In this document: positions 24,746 through 31,596 of the stretch, piece by piece
Layout: every line of letters begins with the position of its first letter
How positions within the stretch are numbered: the stretch's first letter is position 1
Assembly: GCA_018238825.1 (NCBI GenBank)
Contig: JABCSP010000002.1
Coordinates: 1-34,416, forward strand
Direction: 5' to 3'
Source: Candidatus Thorarchaeota archaeon
GTDB taxonomy: Archaea; Asgardarchaeota; Thorarchaeia; Thorarchaeales; Thorarchaeaceae
Length of the DNA: 34,416 nucleotides
Translations under genes and position numbers: made by a program
The notes under the pieces: model-generated
Database searches by the model: none
What the model saw: only the letters and a program-made list of their open reading frames with translations
What the model was told of the DNA's origin: nothing

Positions 24746-24787
24746 TACCATTAATATTGGAAAATTTGTATGCAGAAGAGTATCCAG

Positions 24788-25426
24788 CTAATCCCTGACT
24801 TGCATCTGGATAGCTGCTAAGAGCTCTTCTGCTCTTTCTGTTTCTCTCAAAACTTCTTTAATCTCTGTTTTGAGACGATATGTATACCCTGATCTATTTC
24901 CATAACGTTCAAGGTGTCCTTTACTATGGTTCCACATTCGTGCAAGATAGGTAGAAGCTGTACTCTTTGGAAGATTTTCACTGAATGAATCTTCATAAAT
25001 TTCTGCAACATCAAGAGAAGAGAATTTCCCATGCTTGAAGGATGCGTATATGATCACTTGCATCTTTTCGAAGTTACTCATGGACTCTAATCGGGTTTCA
25101 TCAAAGCCTGTTTCTGAAATTTCATCAACAATTTCTTCAAAGATGCAGCCTGTACTTGTTTCAAGGAATACCTTGAACTTGGCAAACATTTCTTCTATAC
25201 TGCCGCCCTTGACTTGAAAACTAGACTCTTCTCCCATCGTTGCATCTGATACAAGAATCTTGAAATCAAAAGGCGCTTCTGTCAATGATAGGATCTTTTT
25301 GAATCTATCAAGTGCTTCAATAGGGCTCACATACTTGCACTGGAAAATCTCACGAAGCCCTGGAGCTGAACTATATGTGAATTCATAGACATAATTTGTT
25401 CGTTCTCCATCGTTCACATTTTTCAC
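24788..25426 (-). CDS. Hypothetical protein with a C-terminal winged-helix-like domain
   Basis: 212 aa. The C-terminal LPKSTASTYLARMWNHSKGHLERYGNRSGYTYRLK looks like a recognition helix plus a wing. The N-terminal domain is unknown and has no Walker motifs. Confidence 0.55.
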   Translation of the reverse strand: MKNVNDGERTNYVYEFTYSSAPGLREIFQCKYVSPIEALDRFKKILSLTEAPFDFKILVSDATMGEESSFQVKGGSIEEMFAKFKVFLETSTGCIFEEIVDEISETGFDETRLESMSNFEKMQVIIYASFKHGKFSSLDVAEIYEDSFSENLPKSTASTYLARMWNHSKGHLERYGNRSGYTYRLKTEIKEVLRETERAEELLAAIQMQVRD

Positions 25427-25544
25427 CTATCACTAACTATCTTATTCACATCAAGATAGTATTGCCATCCAAATAAGTGTGAGTATGTGAATTGAATATA
25501 CGTAGATAAGAGCTACATAGGACGTCTGCATAGATATAGAACAC

Positions 25545-25563
25545 GTCCCCCTCGTTTTTAGTG
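25545..25563 (-). other. Degenerate ORB-like box (reverse complement CACTAAAAACGAGGGGGAC), inverted relative to the box at 25715
   Basis: 13 of 18 positions match the forward box, including CACT, AAAC and the G-string. GAACACGT (25539-25546) abuts it. Confidence 0.35.
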
Positions 25564-25714
25564 TGCTCACGTCCTGTATAACCTTGTAACGGATAAAAAA
25601 GCATTATGAGGCCTTTATTTACAAAAATAAGGTACTTCTCCAGCCTGTTCACTATTCACTGTTTTATGTAGTGTGTGAATGAGGTAGTAAGCATTTCATA
25701 TGTCCGCTTACTTA

Positions 25715-25738
25715 GTTCCACTGGAAACGGAGGGGTGT
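25715..25738 (+). other. Near-consensus Orc1/Cdc6 origin recognition box GTTCCACTGGAAACGGAGGGGTGT
   Basis: A TTCCA-C-TGGAA dyad is followed by ACGGA and a GGGG string. From memory this is almost identical to the ORB elements described for crenarchaeal and euryarchaeal origins. Confidence 0.6.
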
Positions 25739-25887
25739 GTCTATTCACAAGTATAAGAAGATATATCGAAGCCGATTCTTCTTCAAGAAGCAAGCAAAAG
25801 GCTGTTTTTCCCAGAGTATTCACAATTATGGCGCCATTCACACTAAAACTATGTGAATTTGTGTTTATGAGAAACATGCTTGTGAGT

Positions 25888-26868
25888 TTATATTGGGACT
25901 AAGTAATCAGATGGATTCTCTCCCAGAACTAATTGTTGATAGTTTTCACCTGTTTTACTATCAATTACATTCTCAAATCTACCCCTAGCTCTTACAGACA
26001 TACCACTTGAAACTTGCTCTGTGAATCGCCCTCTATAACTGACAAGTTGTTTGAGCTTTGGAAGATCTAATGATTCCACTTGATATGTACATGGAGTAAA
26101 TATTGAGTTTCGATCTTTAATTACCGAACATTGAACTTCCCTAGTTTTCAAGTTCTCAGTCATGATTTGTCCAAAAATCTCTCTATCATCTTGAGGACGT
26201 TTTACTAATCTAATGAAGAATTGATGTGATTCAAAAACACCTTGCAAGATTTTCGTACTTTCAATCCTATGAAGGAGTTCGTAATGCTCGGTTAAATTAC
26301 CCCATCTAAATAAGACATGAGCATCCAGAAGTTCTCCATCGTAACGCTCTAACCTTGGAATCTTGTCAAATTTCTTTCTTAATCTATTGTAAAATTTCCT
26401 ACATGTGGATTCACCATATACAACTAGGTCAATATCTGATGTTTCTGTTGCGACACCTACAAGTTGGGATCCGGTAACACCTATTTCCGTTCTGTTTATT
26501 CCAGTATTATCAAGTAACAATTCAACTAGATTAGATGTTGCTACAGAAAGTGCCCTCTTATCATTTCGAATCTGGTCCATATGTTCAATGGGATTAAGCA
26601 CTTCTACTATCTTATTTCGTGGAACTGCTTGTAAAACCCTACCATGAGTTTTACTGAACCACAAATATTCTAAGAACCCATTACTGAGATATTCCTCTCG
26701 CTCTCGAAGATTGTAAATCTTCCTAAAACTTGAATCTAAATTTGGTACATACCTTACATAAGCAATAATCCGATCATGGGGATGTACCACTCCTTTTACT
26801 TCAAATATCAGATTATCCGAGGTTTTGATGAAATATCCTTCTACAAGTTTATCTTCCACTCTTATCAC
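25888..26868 (-). CDS. Pol-beta-superfamily nucleotidyltransferase with a C-terminal OB-like domain
   Basis: NTase motif GVTGSQLVGVATETSDIDLVVYG (GS...DxD). The C-terminal region is beta-rich. Length is 326 aa. Confidence 0.65.
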   Translation of the reverse strand: MIRVEDKLVEGYFIKTSDNLIFEVKGVVHPHDRIIAYVRYVPNLDSSFRKIYNLREREEYLSNGFLEYLWFSKTHGRVLQAVPRNKIVEVLNPIEHMDQIRNDKRALSVATSNLVELLLDNTGINRTEIGVTGSQLVGVATETSDIDLVVYGESTCRKFYNRLRKKFDKIPRLERYDGELLDAHVLFRWGNLTEHYELLHRIESTKILQGVFESHQFFIRLVKRPQDDREIFGQIMTENLKTREVQCSVIKDRNSIFTPCTYQVESLDLPKLKQLVSYRGRFTEQVSSGMSVRARGRFENVIDSKTGENYQQLVLGENPSDYLVPI

Positions 26869-26921
26869 CTGGTTAGGATATAGTATGGTATTAAAGCAGT
26901 TTACCCTACAACAATGGTATA

Positions 26922-28136
26922 ATGACAGATTGGTTAGACATCAAATCAGACTTCGGTATTTATGAAGAGAATCCCAATCTTGCATTTTTTGATTCAGCAA
27001 GTACTACACTAGTACCTAAAGTTTCAGTAAAAACAACAACGAATTTTCTTGACAACGTAGTTGTTTCTACTCGCCGTGGAGCACACAAATTCGCAGTGAA
27101 AGGCAGTAGTATTGTTGAGGACACTCGAAAATCCTTAGCAACATTTCTCAAGAGTGAACCATCATCACTTTCTTTCCAAAAATCAATACCCTCAGCTGTT
27201 GCGTCACTAATGTTCGGATATGATTGGAAACATAAAAAGAAACAGAAAGTCATTATCTCCCAAAATGAAGAAAACTCAGTATTTGTTTCAGTACTAAGAG
27301 CTGCTGAAATTCTTGGTCTTGAAGTCACAACAATACCAATTGATAATAATGGTTCTATTTCTTTAGAATCTCTAGAGCAATCAATAGATGACAAAACAGG
27401 AATTGTTGCTATTGGGCATACTCTCCCGGGAATTGGAACTATGAATCCAATACCTGAAGTTGCAGACATAGTTCATGAACATGATGCAATACTATTAACA
27501 GATGCAACAAGATCAATGGGATTGATACAAGAGTTTCCAGTTACTCTTGGGTGCGACGTTCTTCTTTTCTCTGCAAATATCGGTTTCATGGCACCACCAG
27601 GATTAGCTATCCAATGGATATCCCAGACAACAGAGGACAATCATATACCGGGGATACTGGGAGGATTTTCTGTATCTGATGTAACAAAAACAACATATGA
27701 TACTGCTTTTCAACCAGACAAATTTGAATCAGGGTATATCAATGTTCCAGCAATTGCAGGACTTGGTTCTTCAATCGAATATCTCACTGACCTTCACACA
27801 AAGGGTCTATCACATCATATCGCAGATTTATCTAGATATATGAAGAAACGGTTAATGGAGATAGCTAATCTGACACTTTATGGAAATCCAAGTGACACAA
27901 ATACTATTTTTGGTTTCAATCTTGGAGACCCCTCTGAGGTAGGTTGTCATGATATTGCACTATTCTTGGACGAATCTAATATTGCAGTAAGAAGTGGACT
28001 TGTTTGTGCACATCCATTGATTCAATCACTCACAGAAGACGGTCTCATACAAGCATCAATTCATGGATACAATTCAATTAGTGATATTGATCGGCTTGCT
28101 GACACTCTTATTACAATCTCTAAGGAATTACTGTAA
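26922..28136 (+). CDS. Class V aminotransferase / cysteine desulfurase-like protein lacking the PLP-binding lysine
   Basis: Collinear with SufS/NifS (FDSASTTLVP, RRGAHKFA, DATRSMG, VRSGLVCAHP with Cys). The S-x-H-K motif reads FSANIG, with Ile at codon 27579-27581. Confidence 0.7.
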   Translation: MTDWLDIKSDFGIYEENPNLAFFDSASTTLVPKVSVKTTTNFLDNVVVSTRRGAHKFAVKGSSIVEDTRKSLATFLKSEPSSLSFQKSIPSAVASLMFGYDWKHKKKQKVIISQNEENSVFVSVLRAAEILGLEVTTIPIDNNGSISLESLEQSIDDKTGIVAIGHTLPGIGTMNPIPEVADIVHEHDAILLTDATRSMGLIQEFPVTLGCDVLLFSANIGFMAPPGLAIQWISQTTEDNHIPGILGGFSVSDVTKTTYDTAFQPDKFESGYINVPAIAGLGSSIEYLTDLHTKGLSHHIADLSRYMKKRLMEIANLTLYGNPSDTNTIFGFNLGDPSEVGCHDIALFLDESNIAVRSGLVCAHPLIQSLTEDGLIQASIHGYNSISDIDRLADTLITISKELL

Positions 28137-28138
28137 TT

Positions 28139-28405
28139 TTATATCAATGCAAAACTTGGGGGAAAGAATACAAAGTACTGAACAGTGATTGCTAGGAGTA
28201 TTCCACTAAACACTAACCCCTTTCCTCTTTTTTGATTCACTTCAGTGAACCATAGAATCGCACCTATCAAAACAACAATGAATGACGAAACATTCCCAAT
28301 AAAGATTAGAAAATCCCAAATCTCAGCAAAATATCCTGCGATCAAGTTTGTAAAGTCTACAAGTGGGCTTAGAATCTGGAAGAACATACACTTTTCCTCA
28401 TACAA
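28139..28405 (-). CDS. Small membrane protein, unknown function
   Basis: 88-aa hydrophobic ORF with 2-3 TM helices. Confidence 0.45.
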   Translation of the reverse strand: MYEEKCMFFQILSPLVDFTNLIAGYFAEIWDFLIFIGNVSSFIVVLIGAILWFTEVNQKRGKGLVFSGILLAITVQYFVFFPPSFALI

Positions 28406-28434
28406 TAGTCGTACCTATTGATGATTTAAAGTCC

Positions 28435-30261
28435 TCAAAGAACAGTAACTGACTTTGCAAGATTGCGAGGCATATCTGGATCATACCCTTTTCTTAGTGC
28501 CATATAATAGCTAAATAGTTGGAGAGGTACAATGAACACCATTGTTGAGAACTCTGGTTCAATATCTTCGGGTATTGTAAACACGAATTTTGAGAGACTT
28601 TCTAATTCTGTATCGTCTTTGAGAATTACGGAAACTACAGATGCTCCTCGTGCTTTCATCTCCATAATGTTTCCAATCATTCTACTTCGAGTTTTATCGT
28701 TTGGTGCTACAAAGATTACAGGAAATCCATCTTCAACGAGTGCTATTGGTCCGTGTTTTGACTCGCCCGCAGAGTATGCTTCAGCATGATTGTAAGCTAT
28801 TTCTTTCAACTTCAATGCAGCTTCTTCTGCAGTTGCAATTGACACTCCCCGACCCAAGAAAAGAAGACTTGTTTTATCATAGAGTTCACCAGCAAGTCTT
28901 CTTGATAACTCTTCATTTCTTGAGATAGTTTCAGATACTATTTCAGGTATCCTTTCCAAACATTTTCGTTTAGTTTCAATACTTTTCAAATCTGTGAACC
29001 CAGTTAATTCTCCAAGAGCTAGTGCAATCAAAGCAAGGGACGTAAGCTGAACCATGAAGGTCTTTGTGGCAGCTACTCCAATCTCTGGTCCTGCTTGTGT
29101 CAAAATCGTATGATCTGCAAGACGAGTAATTGAGCTTCCTACAACATTTGATATTGCAACTATTTTGACTCCCCGTTCCTTTGCATACTTGACAGCAGTA
29201 ATAGTGTCAGTAGTTTCTCCAGATTGAGTAATTGCTATGATGCAATCCCTATCTGTCAAAGATCCATATACTGTGTCCGAGAAATCACTGGCGAGTTCGA
29301 ATGTTGGAAGTACTCCTGCAATTGATGCAAACATGTGTCGACCAGCTAAAGCCGAATGACCAGAAGTACCCATGGCCAACATAAAGACCCTATCAGATGA
29401 ATGGATTATCTTTGCAGCCTGTTTGATTATATCCTCCTTGAGTCGTAGCGTGTTCCTTATGGCGTCTGGCTGTTCGTGTATTTCCTTGAGCATAAAATGT
29501 GGATAGCCACTTTTCTGCGCTTGATCTGCAGTCCAGCTAATCTCAATGCTATCCCGTTTAATCTCACTCCCATCTGACAAACTTTCTATTCGTACTTCAT
29601 CACTAGTCAGACACGCAATCTCTCCATCAAGAAGAAGAATCATATCATTTGTCATGGGTAAAAATGCTGGGATATCAGAGGATACATACGAAACATTTTC
29701 CTTTCTACCAATAACTAACGGATTTCCATCGCGAGTACATACAATTTTGTTTTCCTCTTCTTTTGTACTCATTACAACAATTGCATAAGTTCCTTCAATT
29801 CGTTTTGTTACTTCCTTGACTGCTTCTACTAAATCCATACCATCTTTCATATAATCTTCGAGCAAATGAGGAATTATCTCGGTATCAGTTTCAGACCTAA
29901 ACTTGTGACCCTTTGCACTAAGTTCCTTTCGCAGTTCCATGAAGTTTTCAATTACACCATTATGAACTACTGCAATTTCATTCTTACAATCAAAATGCGG
30001 ATGTGAATTCAGCATGGATGGCGCTCCATGGGTTGCCCAACGTGTGTGACCAATGCCTATTGATCCTGGCATCTCATCAAGGTCAAGTTTTCGATGAACT
30101 TCTTCGACTTTCCCCTGGTCTTTCTTAATGTACAATTTGTGCTTTTCAATTGTTGTTACTCCAACAGAATCATAGCCTCTATACTCAAGTCGTTTGAGTG
30201 CTTGATGTATAAATGGAGCAACATCACCACGCTTTTGAACTACACCAATAATACCACACAT
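28435..30261 (-). CDS. glmS: Glutamine--fructose-6-phosphate aminotransferase (isomerizing)
   Basis: N-terminal MCGIIG nucleophile, a glutaminase domain and two SIS domains. Length is 608 aa. Confidence 0.95.
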   Translation of the reverse strand: MCGIIGVVQKRGDVAPFIHQALKRLEYRGYDSVGVTTIEKHKLYIKKDQGKVEEVHRKLDLDEMPGSIGIGHTRWATHGAPSMLNSHPHFDCKNEIAVVHNGVIENFMELRKELSAKGHKFRSETDTEIIPHLLEDYMKDGMDLVEAVKEVTKRIEGTYAIVVMSTKEEENKIVCTRDGNPLVIGRKENVSYVSSDIPAFLPMTNDMILLLDGEIACLTSDEVRIESLSDGSEIKRDSIEISWTADQAQKSGYPHFMLKEIHEQPDAIRNTLRLKEDIIKQAAKIIHSSDRVFMLAMGTSGHSALAGRHMFASIAGVLPTFELASDFSDTVYGSLTDRDCIIAITQSGETTDTITAVKYAKERGVKIVAISNVVGSSITRLADHTILTQAGPEIGVAATKTFMVQLTSLALIALALGELTGFTDLKSIETKRKCLERIPEIVSETISRNEELSRRLAGELYDKTSLLFLGRGVSIATAEEAALKLKEIAYNHAEAYSAGESKHGPIALVEDGFPVIFVAPNDKTRSRMIGNIMEMKARGASVVSVILKDDTELESLSKFVFTIPEDIEPEFSTMVFIVPLQLFSYYMALRKGYDPDMPRNLAKSVTVL

Positions 30262-30344
30262 AAGCTGAATTCCTCAGAGGAGAATACGTAAGACTTGCAC
30301 AATTGTGCAAAAAGGCTTTGTATCATGCGAAAAACGCACTGAGT

Positions 30345-30656
30345 CTATCCAGTTAGTTCAATCTCAATATATACTGAGTCAGGAATTCTAACACGCATTA
30401 TCTGACGAATAGCTCTTTCATCAGCATCAATATCAATGAGTCTTTTATGAACACGCATTTCCCATTTATCCCATGAGCTAGATCCCTGACCACAAGGAGT
30501 CTTTCGTGTGGGAATTACCATCCTACGAGTAGGTAGTGGTATTGGGCCTGCCATTCGGACACCGGTCTTTCGAGTAATTCTCTTAATTTGATTACAGACT
30601 CCATCCAGATGTTCTGTACTCGTACTTGACAATCGAATTCGTGCTCTTTGAGTCAT
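30345..30656 (-). CDS. rps10: 30S ribosomal protein uS10
   Basis: [39 protein letters not shown]...HKRLIDI. Length is 103 aa. Confidence 0.93.
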   Translation of the reverse strand: MTQRARIRLSSTSTEHLDGVCNQIKRITRKTGVRMAGPIPLPTRRMVIPTRKTPCGQGSSSWDKWEMRVHKRLIDIDADERAIRQIMRVRIPDSVYIEIELTG

Positions 30657-30708
30657 GTATAAATCACTCTCTGCTTTAAGAGGTGTCCAAGGCTACGGAA
30701 ATTGAATC

Positions 30709-30721
30709 GGATAAAAAGCTT
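30709..30721 (-). promoter_or_regulatory. BRE/TATA-like AAGCTTTTTATCC upstream of rps10
   Basis: Lies about 55-65 nt upstream of the ATG at 30656 and matches the recurring upstream pattern of this window. Confidence 0.4.
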
Positions 30722-30789
30722 GTCTTGTGAATGAAATATCACCATTAAATGATAACGTCCATAAGTGTGGCGCTCGCTCCTGATAAAAT

Positions 30790-31596
30790 GTGTTTCAATT
30801 GGAGAATCTAGTGATTGTTAAATTAGGAGGTTCTGTGATCACTCACAAAGAATCGTCACCTCCCGCAGTTAACGAGAAACATCTTAGTCGTATCGTGAAA
30901 GAGCTCGCGGTTCATAATGGCAAGTTGATAATAGTTCTTGGTGGTGGTGCACATGGCCATCAAGCAGCTCATAAACATGGTTTTGGAAATCCTGATGCGT
31001 CTCCCAAACAACTACTTGCAGGAATTCCAGAAATTCGTCATAATATGTCTCTTCTTACATCAAAAGTAGAAAAGGAGTTGAATGTTCAGGGGATTCCCGG
31101 AGTAGTGATTTCCCCTTTCATGTTTGTAACACTACGCGATAATCTGATAGATCACTTCCCAACAAAGATAATCAAAGAAACATTGAACGCTGGCACCGCT
31201 GTGATTATTCATGGGGATGTATGTTTTGATGAAACAAAATCCGTATCTATTCTAAGTGGTGATACAATTGCAAAATATCTTGCAGAACAGCTTAGTCCTA
31301 AAGCTGTTTTCATTGGCACAAATGTAGATGGTGTTATGGATGATAACCCAACAGTGAATCCAAATGCAAACCATATTCCTCTCATCAACAATTCAAACAA
31401 AAATCAGATACTTTCACTAACAGGACCATCTTCCAGTACTGATGTAACTGGAGGAATGACTAAGAAAATCACCGAGCTTCTAAATCTCGCAAGTCAAAAC
31501 GTGGATATTGTAATCTTCAATTTACTTGTTACCGGTCGTTTAACCGCACTATTTGAAAATGATTCTGTAATATGTACTAGAATCCAATTTACCTAG
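30790..31596 (+). CDS. ipk: Isopentenyl phosphate kinase (amino-acid-kinase fold)
   Basis: VIVKLGGSVITHK, LGGGAHGH and the C-terminal TDVTGGM motifs. About 268 aa. The start codon is uncertain (GTG/TTG options). Confidence 0.8.
   Translation: MFQLENLVIVKLGGSVITHKESSPPAVNEKHLSRIVKELAVHNGKLIIVLGGGAHGHQAAHKHGFGNPDASPKQLLAGIPEIRHNMSLLTSKVEKELNVQGIPGVVISPFMFVTLRDNLIDHFPTKIIKETLNAGTAVIIHGDVCFDETKSVSILSGDTIAKYLAEQLSPKAVFIGTNVDGVMDDNPTVNPNANHIPLINNSNKNQILSLTGPSSSTDVTGGMTKKITELLNLASQNVDIVIFNLLVTGRLTALFENDSVICTRIQFT

Larger units (their letters stand above)
25444..25858. repeat. Cluster of the heptamer ATTCACA / TGTGAAT (7 exact copies plus GTTCACT/ATTCACT variants)
   Basis: Forward copies at 25444, 25743, 25818 and 25836. 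Reverse copies at 25486, 25674 and 25852. Variants at 25647 and 25654. The pair 25836/25852 forms ATTCACA-N9-TGTGAAT. Confidence 0.7.

Noticed and set aside
26960-27469. 169-aa antisense ORF inside the aminotransferase-like gene. Similar antisense or alternate-frame ORFs occur at 7302-7682, 5896-6228, 4194-4475, 12837-13145, 20179-20451 and 32575-32995.
   Set aside because: These are shadow ORFs opposite or overlapping well-supported genes. They have no motifs, and their compositions are typical of the antisense of coding DNA.
28418-28452. C-box-like TTGATGA and D-box-like CTGA as a possible C/D box sRNA
   Set aside because: The boxes are only about 25 nt apart, with no C'/D' pair and no terminal stem. 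The D box lies inside the glmS 3' coding end.
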